Assembly (NCBI GenBank): GCA_947629205.1
Contig: CANRCV010000004.1
Location: 441-64,440, forward strand
Length of the DNA: 64,000 nt
Direction of reading: 5' to 3'
Source: an uncultured Bacilli bacterium
GTDB lineage: Bacteria > Bacillota_I > Bacilli_A > RF39 > UBA660
In this document: piece after piece, positions 29,291-38,234 of the stretch
Layout of the letters: each line of letters begins with the position of its first letter
Numbering within the stretch: the first letter of the stretch is position 1
Notes under the pieces: generated by a model
What the model was told of the DNA's origin: nothing
What the model saw: only the letters and a program-made list of their open reading frames with translations
The model's database searches: none
Translations under genes and position numbers: made by a program

Positions 29291-32200
29291 TTAAAATAAA
29301 CTTAATTGACTTGTTTCTGGCATTCCATTAAAGATACCTAAAGTACGCATTTTTTCAATAGTTGATTGATTTACTTTTCCTCGATTACTAAAATCTTCTA
29401 CACTATAGAAAGGTTTTTCTTTTCTTTCTTCCATGATTTTAGTTGCAACAGCATCTCCAAGACCATCTAAACTACTAAATGGTAAGATTAATGCATTTTC
29501 ATCTTTTACCATAACAAAATCTTTTCCTTGACTCTTTTCAATATCAATCATTTTAAAAGATATACCACGAGCTGTTGCTTCTAAAGCTAGTTTTAAAGTT
29601 TCTAATAAAGATTCATCTTTCTTGGTAGTATCAAATCCTTTGGATTGAATTTCAAGTATCTTAGCTTTAATAGCATCATAGCCTTTTACCATACATTCGG
29701 CATCGAAATCAGTAAATCTTGTAGAAAAATACGTACAATAATAGACTAAAGGATTATGAACTTTATACCAAGCAATACGAAAAGCACTAGTTACATACGC
29801 TGCTGCATGGGCTTTTGGGAACATGTATTTTATTTTTTGACAAGAAGAAATATACCAATCGGGAATATTGTATTCTTTTAAGGTTTTTACATGTTCTGCC
29901 CATGTATCTGGCTCTTTACTGGCTTTTCCTTTACGAACAAATTCCATAATTTTAAAAGCTTTTAAAGCTGGAACTCCCTTGTTCATTAACTCAACCATAA
30001 TATCATCACGACATCCAATAACATCTTTAAATGGACAAATATTTTTTTGTATAAGTTCTTGAGCATTACCAAGCCATACATTTTCTCCATGAGCAAGACC
30101 AGATATTTTAACAAGTTCAGCAAATGTGGTTGGTTTGGCATCTTTAACCAATTGAATGGTAAATGGTGTACCAAATTCTGGAACCCCTAAAGTTCCCGTA
30201 TCACACATAATTTGTTCTTTACTAACTCCTAGTGATTTTGTTCCTTTAAATAAATCCATCGTTGCTTTATCATCCAGTGGAACTTTTGTTACATCATCTC
30301 CTGTTAAATCTTGAATCATTCTTAACTGAGTTGGATCGGTATGTCCTAAAATATCTAGTTTTAATACATCAGCATCAATGGCATGATAATCAAAATGCGT
30401 TGTTCTCCAATTGCTCGTTGGATCTTCTGCTGGAAATTGATAAGGTGTAAAATCTAAGACATCCATATAATCAGGGATAACAACAATTCCTCCTGGATGT
30501 TGTCCAGTCGTTCTTTTACATCCCGTACATCCTTTTGCTAATCGTTCAATTTCAATATTTCTTAAAATAATTCCCTTATTTTCACAATACCCTTTTACAT
30601 ATCCAAATGCTGTTTTTTCAGCAACAGTTCCTATAGTTCCAGCACGATACACATTATCGACTCCAAATAAAACTTTGGTATATTCATGAGCACTTGCTTG
30701 GTTTAAATCAGAGAAATTTAAATCAATATCTGGTACTTTATCGGCGTTAAATCCAAGGAAAGTAGCAAAGGGAATATCATGTCCATCTTTGGCCATAATA
30801 CTACCACAATTTGGGCATTTTTTATCTGGTAAATCAAATCCACAAGAATAGTTAACCCCAAAAGGATTTCCTTCTTCATCATTAAAAATACTTAATTTAC
30901 AGTTTGGACAACGATAATGAGCTGGCAAACTATTAACCTCCGTAATTCCCATCATATTGGCAACAAAAGAAGAACCAACACTACCACGAGATCCAACTAA
31001 GAATCCTTCATCATTAGAGTGTTTTACTAGCTTTTGCGCAATCAAATAAATAACATCATAATTGGCTCCAATAATACCTCCTAGTTTTTTTAAAGCTAGT
31101 TTATCTAACTCTTCATCGGTTGCTTTTTCTTCTAAATGTTTTTTAACCATATCCTTAACGGCATCTTTTCCTTTTAATATGGTTTCATGTATAAGAGCAT
31201 AAGCTTTTGCTTCTTCTTTTTCTTCCATTTTACAAGCATCTATTAAAGCATCACCATATAATTCTTTAGCCAAACGTTCTTCTATATTGATAGGAAGAGG
31301 GCTTCCATATAACAAATCTGCTTTATGATACACTAATTCGGTCATTGTTTCGACTGAATTTGGGATTCTAGGAGCAAAAGGTTTTTCGGTATTAATAATA
31401 ACCTCTATTTCTTCACATAAATCTTTTATTTTATTAGGATTATCTACAATAATTTCTTTTCGTGTTTCTTCATCTAAAAAGGCAAAATCTTCCATCATTT
31501 CTTCTGTTGTTTTTAAATATTGATTAGGAATTTCAATTCCTTTTCGATTTAAAGGATGTAGTTTTCCATTAAACTTTTGATTAATAATAATTTCACGATA
31601 AATTTTATCTTCTTTTTTTAAGTTATGAACATCCCCAGTAACAACAACCGGTTTACCAGCTTCTTTGGCTACTCTTATAATTCTTTTTAAATATTCTTGG
31701 GCTTCTAAAAGAGAAGAAAATTTTTCTCCTGGACCAATTAAATGAGAAAAAGCACTAATGGGTTGAACCTCAATATAATCATAGAAATTCATCATATTTA
31801 CTAATTCTTCATCTTCTTTTCCTGCTGCTTTATCAAATATTTCTCCATTAATACAACCAGATCCTATTAACAAACCTTCTCTTGCTTCAATAATATCTTT
31901 TCTAGGTATTTTTGGTTGTTCATTTTTATATAAATATTTGGTATTCGCAAGAGATACAATTTTAAATAAATTTTTAAGTCCTTCTCTATTTTTAGCAATC
32001 ATGGTAGCATGAAAAGGATAAGCAAATCGTACTAAATTTTCTTGATCGATATTCGAAAATAAATCATCGGTTGTTGTAATATTTTGATCATATAAAACTT
32101 TACACATTTTATAAAAAGCTAGAGCTGTTCCTTCTGCATCATAATCTGCTCGATGGTGTTTATCTTCATCCCATGGAACATCTAATCGTTTGGTTAGGGT

Positions 32201-33778
32201 TTGGAGTTTATGATTTGGCCATTCTGGATGTAACATACGGGCCATACTCATCGTATCTAAAACCGTTGGATTAAATTCTTTTAAATTGTATTTATTACAA
32301 GCTGCTCTCATAAAAGAAATATCAAATTTGGCATTATGCGCTACCATTGGTAAATCTTTGGCCCAATCTAAGAAACGACGCGTAACACTTTCTTCATCCT
32401 CTTTTCCTTTTAACATTTCATCTGTTATAAAGGTAAGTTCTGTTATTTTTTTAGGAATGGGTCTTTTTGGATCGATGAGTTCATCAAAACGATCTAAAAT
32501 CTTTCCATTTTGGATCTTAACCGCACCAATTTCGATCATTTGATCACTTCCAGCATAGAACCCAGTTGTTTCTGTATCAAATACAACAAAAGCATCTTCT
32601 AATAAATTAAAGGTACGATTATTAAAAATAATATCTACATCATCATTTACAACATTCATTTCTGCTCCATACAAAACTTTAAAGTGTTCACTTTCTTCTA
32701 ATCCTTTATTGACATCACAAACAACATGATATAGATCTGGAAAAGATTGAACACAGTTATGATCTGTTACCGCAATCGCTTTTTGACCAATTTTCATTGC
32801 ATGTTTTACTAAAGCTTTAGCATCAATAACTCCATCCATGGCACTCATCATGGTATGCGCATGTAATTCAACTCTAGGCCTATTTGTTTGTTCTTTTATA
32901 ATTTCTTCTTTTGAATCTATTTTTTCATAACGATTAAAAGTTAATACTAAATCTTTACTATATGTATCAAACTCGACTTTTCCTTGAAAACGATACCAAT
33001 TTCCTTCTTTAAACTCCTTTAAAGTTTTTTGATATTCTGCTTTATCCTTTTTAAAAATCTTAGCCAGTAAACTATTGGTTTGATCACTAATTTTTAACGT
33101 AATAATATTTACTTTTTCATGTTCTTTGGTATCAATTCCAAATACATAGGCTTCGACAATCACCTTTTTCATATCCCCCATAATATTTTGAATAGAGGTA
33201 ACTTCTCCTTCTATTTTGGGAAGAGTTGATTGTGTTTCTTTTAAAATAGGTATTTCACTGGTTCTTTCTTTTTCTAAATCTTGTTTTATTTCCCAGTTTA
33301 ATTCTTCATTTATTCGACTTGTTAATTCATATCCTAAAAAACCATATTGATATAAACTATTTAAAATGTTTTTCGCTTCTTTTTTAATTTCATTTTCTTC
33401 TACTTTTGATGCGGCTTCAATCGTTATAATTTCATCAACAATGGTAATGGGTGCTTCTTTTAAATTCACTAAAGAAGGTCTTTTTGTTGCTATTTCATTT
33501 ACAATTTCTTTTACATAGTACTCTACATCCTCTTTTTTAATTTCATCATAATGGATAAAAATAGAACACTCTTTTTCGCCTTTAATTTTATTATTTGCAG
33601 CCATTAAAAGTTTTTTAGCAATCGAAAAAGGCAAGATTTGCTTTAACTTTAAATAAACCTCAAATACATCTTTTTGTTTTTTATAAACGACTTTAGCAAT
33701 CGATGCACCTTCAAAAACACTTTCATCGACATCAAATTGTATACTCGTAAAAAATCTTTTTAATTCATCACTCATCAA
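29291..33778 (-). CDS. polC: DNA polymerase III alpha subunit, PolC type (with proofreading exonuclease)
   Basis: 1495 aa; OB fold, PHP, DnaQ-like exo (FVVFDTETTG...HNAKFDISF), Zn-finger CPNC...CPNCG, pol III alpha core. Confidence 0.95.
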   Translation of the reverse strand: MMSDELKRFFTSIQFDVDESVFEGASIAKVVYKKQKDVFEVYLKLKQILPFSIAKKLLMAANNKIKGEKECSIFIHYDEIKKEDVEYYVKEIVNEIATKRPSLVNLKEAPITIVDEIITIEAASKVEENEIKKEAKNILNSLYQYGFLGYELTSRINEELNWEIKQDLEKERTSEIPILKETQSTLPKIEGEVTSIQNIMGDMKKVIVEAYVFGIDTKEHEKVNIITLKISDQTNSLLAKIFKKDKAEYQKTLKEFKEGNWYRFQGKVEFDTYSKDLVLTFNRYEKIDSKEEIIKEQTNRPRVELHAHTMMSAMDGVIDAKALVKHAMKIGQKAIAVTDHNCVQSFPDLYHVVCDVNKGLEESEHFKVLYGAEMNVVNDDVDIIFNNRTFNLLEDAFVVFDTETTGFYAGSDQMIEIGAVKIQNGKILDRFDELIDPKRPIPKKITELTFITDEMLKGKEDEESVTRRFLDWAKDLPMVAHNAKFDISFMRAACNKYNLKEFNPTVLDTMSMARMLHPEWPNHKLQTLTKRLDVPWDEDKHHRADYDAEGTALAFYKMCKVLYDQNITTTDDLFSNIDQENLVRFAYPFHATMIAKNREGLKNLFKIVSLANTKYLYKNEQPKIPRKDIIEAREGLLIGSGCINGEIFDKAAGKEDEELVNMMNFYDYIEVQPISAFSHLIGPGEKFSSLLEAQEYLKRIIRVAKEAGKPVVVTGDVHNLKKEDKIYREIIINQKFNGKLHPLNRKGIEIPNQYLKTTEEMMEDFAFLDEETRKEIIVDNPNKIKDLCEEIEVIINTEKPFAPRIPNSVETMTELVYHKADLLYGSPLPINIEERLAKELYGDALIDACKMEEKEEAKAYALIHETILKGKDAVKDMVKKHLEEKATDEELDKLALKKLGGIIGANYDVIYLIAQKLVKHSNDEGFLVGSRGSVGSSFVANMMGITEVNSLPAHYRCPNCKLSIFNDEEGNPFGVNYSCGFDLPDKKCPNCGSIMAKDGHDIPFATFLGFNADKVPDIDLNFSDLNQASAHEYTKVLFGVDNVYRAGTIGTVAEKTAFGYVKGYCENKGIILRNIEIERLAKGCTGCKRTTGQHPGGIVVIPDYMDVLDFTPYQFPAEDPTSNWRTTHFDYHAIDADVLKLDILGHTDPTQLRMIQDLTGDDVTKVPLDDKATMDLFKGTKSLGVSKEQIMCDTGTLGVPEFGTPFTIQLVKDAKPTTFAELVKISGLAHGENVWLGNAQELIQKNICPFKDVIGCRDDIMVELMNKGVPALKAFKIMEFVRKGKASKEPDTWAEHVKTLKEYNIPDWYISSCQKIKYMFPKAHAAAYVTSAFRIAWYKVHNPLVYYCTYFSTRFTDFDAECMVKGYDAIKAKILEIQSKGFDTTKKDESLLETLKLALEATARGISFKMIDIEKSQGKDFVMVKDENALILPFSSLDGLGDAVATKIMEERKEKPFYSVEDFSNRGKVNQSTIEKMRTLGIFNGMPETSQLSLF

Positions 33779-33789
33779 GAATTCCTCCT

Positions 33790-36690
33790 TTATTTTTTAA
33801 TGATATTGTTTACATTTACTTGATACTTATCAAATCGTTTCGTAACTCTTCCTTGAATTTCTGCAATATCTTTCACTTTTAAATTTTCCAATAACCCAAT
33901 TTGTTTATGAAAAACAACAAAGGTAGAAGCATTGGTTTCATCACTTGCTTCCACAAATGCCATCTCTTCATTATTTTTTGTTTTGAGTCTCTTTATACTC
34001 TCTATTAATACCACGCATCTTACTTGTTTGTCAAAATAATTTTTTATATTTTTTAATTTCATAATGTTTGAATCATTATAAATACTTGTTGGATGATTGG
34101 TAATATAAAACCCATAGCTTTCTAATTCTTTTTGATTTACATTTTCTTCCATAGGATATTGTTCTAATACGGGTTTTAAAAGGAGTGGAGAATCTACACT
34201 ACTTACTAATTCTGCATAATTAAAAACTGCAGGTATATTTTTAAGTAGAGTTGTCATATTTCCAAATTCTTCTAAAATCCCAGCATAGATTAAAGATTCC
34301 ACCATTTTTGTCGTTATAGAATAAGGTTTCATTCTACTAACAAAATCTATAAAATCGGTAAAAAGCCCTTTTTCTCGTTCTTTTAATAAATCTTCTATAA
34401 AATGAGAACTTAAACCCTTTACAATAGAAAAAGGTAGTATCAATTGGCTTTCGATAATCTTATATTCTTTTTCACTTTTATTAATAGAAGGATGGACAAT
34501 TTCTAAATCTAATTTTTTAGCTTCTCTTAAATATTCTTTGGTTTTAATTTCACTCCCAATCGATAGATTTAATAAATTCGTCATAAAATACATAGGAAAT
34601 TTTACTTTTAAATAGGCCATTTGATACCCAATTAGAGCATAAGAAACAGAATGGGATTTATTAAAACCATATCCAGCAAATTTTAATATTAAATCGTATA
34701 ATTCTTCAATCTTTTGTTTTGGATAGCCTTTTTGTAAAGCTCCATTTATAAACTTAACTCGTTCTTGCTCTATAATTTCTTTTTTCTTTTTACTCATAGC
34801 TCTTCTTATAATATCTGCCTCTGAAAAACGATATCCACCAATTTCTACTAATATTTGCATAACTTGTTCTTGATACACAATAATACCTTGTGTTTCTTTT
34901 AAAATGGGTTCTAATTCTGGCAAAAGATAAGTTACTTTCTCTTTTTTTTCTTTTCTTCTTACAAAAGTAGATAAATTATCCATAGGTCCAGGACGATATA
35001 AGGCGATAACAGCCACTAAATCACTAAATTTTGTTGGTTTTACTTTTTGTAAAAAAGAACGCATTCCCATACTTTCAAATTGAAATATTCCAGTTGTATT
35101 GGCATCACTAAAGAGTTTTAAAACCTCGGCATCTTCTAAATTAATTTTATTAATATTTAAATGTTTCCCCGTATCTTTTAAAATTAAATCTAAAGTACTT
35201 GATAAAATATATAAATTTTTAATCGCTAATAAATCCATTTTTAAAAGGCCTAATTCTTCTAAGTATTCCATCGTAATTCCGGTTGATATAGAATTACCTA
35301 CTTTTAATATAGGAATAACATCATCTAAATTAACTCTTGATATAACTATACCTGCTGCATGTGTTGAAATATTTTTCTTAAATCCTTCTATTTTCATCGC
35401 CAGTTTATAAACCTTTTGTAAAGAAGAATTATTTTTTAACATATTTTTTACTTTTTCTTTTTCTAAATTCTCTTTTAAATTTTTATTTGGTTCTATTTCT
35501 TTTAAAAGTTGTTCAAAATGTCCATCTTCTATTTCTACTATTCTTGCTATTTCCCTTAATGCCAGTTTACTTTTTAAAGTAGCAAACGTCATAATTGAAG
35601 CTACTTTCTTTTCACCATAACGTTGTTTAATATATTCAATAACCTCTCCTCTTCGTAAGTTATCAAAATCAATATCAATATCGGGCATGGTTACTCTTTC
35701 TGGATTTAAAAATCTTTCAAAAAGCAAATGATATTTTAAAGGATCTATATCCGTAATCCCTAGAGTATAACAAACAAGGGAACCCACAGCACTCCCTCTT
35801 CCAGGACCTACATAAATATGATTCTTTTTAGCAAATAAAACATAATCATATACAATTAAAATATAATCCACAAATCCCATTTTATTAATAACACTTAATT
35901 CATACTCTAATCGTTTTTCATATTCATCTGTCACTTGATTATTTAATCTTTTCTTTAATCCTTTTTCCGTTAAATTTTTTAAATAAGCATAACGATCTTT
36001 TATTTCAGCATTATAAGAAGGAATATAATTTTCATTTTTAGGAATACAAATCGTAATTAAATCACTAAACTCTTTCGTTGTTTTTTGATCACTTTCATTG
36101 TCGTTTTCATGATAATAATTATTTTCATACTCTTTTAATTGATAATCTTTTGCTTTTGTATCCGTACGAATCATATTTAAATAATCTAAATAAAGTGTAT
36201 CTTCTTTTTTTAAAGAATGAATGTCATTTAAATAAACTATATTTTTACTTTGTAATAAAGCATGGGTTTTTTCTAATTCATTTTGGTATGCCAAATAAAC
36301 GATTTCATAAATAGAAGAAAGTTCTTTATAGTAAGAATAAGTTGCATAAGGAAGAACACATAGTATATTTTTTTTATAAAGTTCTAATTCTACAATACTA
36401 ATTTCTTTTTCCATCACAAGAGTATGAATTTTTAATAAATTTTGATATCCTACATAATCTTTAGAATATAAATAAATTGGTAGATGATTTAAGGTGATTT
36501 CTAAACCAATAATTGGTTTTATATTATTTTCTATACACTTATTATAAAATTCCATAACACCATATAAATTCTCATCTACAATAGCACAAGTTGAAATATT
36601 TTTTTCTTTTAAAAAATCTATTAAAGAATCAATGGTAATTGTACTTTTTAATAAGGAATAATCTGTTGTAATTTTAAGTGGTATAAGCAT
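33790..36690 (-). CDS. dnaE: DNA polymerase III alpha subunit, DnaE type
   Basis: ~967 aa from the third Met (RBS GGGGGAGGAA 8 nt upstream); PHP domain, GFNKSHSVSYA pol core motif, OB fold; directly downstream of polC. Confidence 0.9.
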   Translation of the reverse strand: MLIPLKITTDYSLLKSTITIDSLIDFLKEKNISTCAIVDENLYGVMEFYNKCIENNIKPIIGLEITLNHLPIYLYSKDYVGYQNLLKIHTLVMEKEISIVELELYKKNILCVLPYATYSYYKELSSIYEIVYLAYQNELEKTHALLQSKNIVYLNDIHSLKKEDTLYLDYLNMIRTDTKAKDYQLKEYENNYYHENDNESDQKTTKEFSDLITICIPKNENYIPSYNAEIKDRYAYLKNLTEKGLKKRLNNQVTDEYEKRLEYELSVINKMGFVDYILIVYDYVLFAKKNHIYVGPGRGSAVGSLVCYTLGITDIDPLKYHLLFERFLNPERVTMPDIDIDFDNLRRGEVIEYIKQRYGEKKVASIMTFATLKSKLALREIARIVEIEDGHFEQLLKEIEPNKNLKENLEKEKVKNMLKNNSSLQKVYKLAMKIEGFKKNISTHAAGIVISRVNLDDVIPILKVGNSISTGITMEYLEELGLLKMDLLAIKNLYILSSTLDLILKDTGKHLNINKINLEDAEVLKLFSDANTTGIFQFESMGMRSFLQKVKPTKFSDLVAVIALYRPGPMDNLSTFVRRKEKKEKVTYLLPELEPILKETQGIIVYQEQVMQILVEIGGYRFSEADIIRRAMSKKKKEIIEQERVKFINGALQKGYPKQKIEELYDLILKFAGYGFNKSHSVSYALIGYQMAYLKVKFPMYFMTNLLNLSIGSEIKTKEYLREAKKLDLEIVHPSINKSEKEYKIIESQLILPFSIVKGLSSHFIEDLLKEREKGLFTDFIDFVSRMKPYSITTKMVESLIYAGILEEFGNMTTLLKNIPAVFNYAELVSSVDSPLLLKPVLEQYPMEENVNQKELESYGFYITNHPTSIYNDSNIMKLKNIKNYFDKQVRCVVLIESIKRLKTKNNEEMAFVEASDETNASTFVVFHKQIGLLENLKVKDIAEIQGRVTKRFDKYQVNVNNIIKK

Positions 36691-36786
36691 AAGACATTCC
36701 TCCCCCATCATGGTATATTTTTATTATAACATGAACAAATGTTTAAGGGTATAGGTAAGTTTCAAAAAATGAAAAAAAGGAAAAAT

Positions 36787-37917
36787 TTATTTTCCTAAAT
36801 ATGTAATTCTTGCATATCCATTTCCAGAATTTCCAACCATTGTATTTTGTGTTCCATCATGTTTGGGCATAACCTCTTTCCCGGATTTCATTTCCGTATT
36901 TGTAAAAACAAGTCCGGAATAATGAATAGAATCTCCAGTATGTTGAATGTTATTTTCAACAGATTCTTGTTTTATGGCATTACATCCCTCATATCCAGAA
37001 ATAAAGGATGAACCACCTGAGGCTGAGGTTGCATTTGTAATTCCTTCACTACGACCACCATAATAGCCTCCTCCAGCACCAGCAACACCACAATCGCCAT
37101 TACCAACACTACCTGATCCAGCACATTGGCCATCTCCAACCCCACTTTGTCCTTTACCAAAAGCATAACCAGTTGTTTGATTGATTGCTGATTTTGTTCC
37201 AACTAAATCAGCAGATAAGCCACCTCCTGCTCCTGGAGCGTAACTCCAGCTAGCTCCTCCACCACCTGCTGCAACCATAATTCTAGATTTTAAACTAGCA
37301 AAAGAGTCCCACAAACCATTTACAAGACGAATGTCGGTGGCTCCTCCTCCACCACCACTACTTTCATCATCTGCTTTATCAGGAACACCATTACCACCAC
37401 CATTATATCCACCAAGAGATTCTACTCTTTTACTAGCATTTGCACCAGCACCACCTACATAAAGATATAATGTTTGCTCTTTTTGTAAGCTTATTTCACC
37501 TTTGGTATATGCACCATTTCCTCCATCATTATAAGACACACCTTGATAAAGAGATTTTCCACCTTCAGCTCCCCATAATTCTATTTTATATTTTCCTTGT
37601 AATGGTACTGTAAATGATTGTTCACTTCCTGTATAATCAAATGTCCATTCTGTTCCTTCTTTTATAATAAAATTAATGCTACATGTCGTTGGACTCTTTT
37701 TTAGACTTGATACAAATAATCCCCATCTCTCTGTATCCCATTCTCCAATGGCATCATTATCACATTCTACAATTATATCTCCATAGTTTCCTTTTTGTGG
37801 AACGGTATTTGTTGTTTCTCCATTTATTTTCAAAGCAATGATATTTACATCGTTTTTTAAACTAAAATCAGGTACAACGCCTTTTATAACATCAAAACTT
37901 TTTTCTGTTTTATACAT
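36787..37917 (-). CDS. Phase-variable surface protein with ALK/LTK-like glycine-rich domain; annotated ORF is the out-of-frame body of a longer gene
   Basis: 376 aa ORF; no RBS before its Met; reading frame open upstream through the G10 tract; Gly-rich region GGGYYGGRSEGITNATSASGGSSFISG resembles ALK GRD GGGGYIGGNAASNND...DGVSFIS (Pfam Gly_rich). Confidence 0.7.
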   Translation of the reverse strand: MYKTEKSFDVIKGVVPDFSLKNDVNIIALKINGETTNTVPQKGNYGDIIVECDNDAIGEWDTERWGLFVSSLKKSPTTCSINFIIKEGTEWTFDYTGSEQSFTVPLQGKYKIELWGAEGGKSLYQGVSYNDGGNGAYTKGEISLQKEQTLYLYVGGAGANASKRVESLGGYNGGGNGVPDKADDESSGGGGGATDIRLVNGLWDSFASLKSRIMVAAGGGGASWSYAPGAGGGLSADLVGTKSAINQTTGYAFGKGQSGVGDGQCAGSGSVGNGDCGVAGAGGGYYGGRSEGITNATSASGGSSFISGYEGCNAIKQESVENNIQHTGDSIHYSGLVFTNTEMKSGKEVMPKHDGTQNTMVGNSGNGYARITYLGK

Positions 37918-38035
37918 AGCAAAAGTATGGTATAGTGTTATACCACCAATTAATAAAATAATTCCTATAATTGTACTAATTAAAATTTGTTTTTGTTTTT
38001 TATTTTTGATAAATCTTTCTAATCTAGGTTTGTGT

Positions 38036-38098
38036 TTATCTAATATACCCCCCCCCCAGACTAGACTCTAGAGTTGGGAGGTTTTTATTTTTCTTCAT
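38036..38098 (-). other. Leader ORF ending just after the G10 tract (OFF-state product of the phase-variable gene)
   Basis: GGAGGAAG RBS + ATG 38098; encodes MKKNKNLPTLESSLGGGYIR-stop; a 9-G allele would fuse it in frame to ...ILDKHKPRLERFIKNKKQKQILISTIIGIILLIGGITLYHTFA-MYKTEKSF (TM anchor). Confidence 0.7.
38048..38057 (-). repeat. Homopolymeric G10 tract (C10 on + strand) inside 5' coding region
   Basis: Ten consecutive C at 38048..38057; frame analysis shows G9 (or G12) gives an in-frame full-length protein. Confidence 0.9.
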
Positions 38099-38123
38099 TT
38101 TTTCTTCCTCCTACTATACTTTT

Positions 38124-38152
38124 ATTATAAACGAATTTCTTATTCTTGAAAA
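38124..38152 (-). promoter_or_regulatory. SigmaA-type promoter of phase-variable gene copy A
   Basis: Minus strand TTTTCA(38152..38147)-17 nt-TATAAT(38129..38124); identical in copy B. Confidence 0.5.
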
Positions 38153-38181
38153 GTTTTTTTCATAGTAATCCCTATTCTTCC

Positions 38182-38229
38182 TTTGACAATTAAACTGAAA
38201 TTTCATCATTTTTCAGTTTAATTGTCAAA
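38182..38229. repeat. Perfect palindromic element (19-bp stem, 10-nt loop), copy 2; likely terminator of upstream paralog
   Basis: tttgacaattaaactgaaa-tttcatcatt-tttcagtttaattgtcaaa; core and loop shared with 22081..22118. Confidence 0.75.
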
Positions 38230-38234
38230 TACTT

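Noticed and set aside
36972-37500. Possible tandem repeat/CRISPR-like periodicity in the Gly-rich coding region
   Set aside because: Repetition is at the protein level (GGx codons), with no regular direct repeats with spacers. No CRISPR array or cas genes anywhere in the window.
38048-38057. Poly(C) tracts as pure sequencing artefacts
   Set aside because: Three independent 10-mers in sequence-specific contexts cannot arise from error. Their presence is robust, but the exact length (10 vs 9/11) could be a homopolymer error. This is flagged in the findings, not assumed away.
37838-38071. +strand ORFs 37838..38071 and 39379..39600 spanning the poly(C) tracts (translate as ...IPPPQTR...)
   Set aside because: They are the antisense of the leader/TM-anchor coding region of the phase-variable genes. 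Promoter, RBS and the TM helix are on the minus strand.
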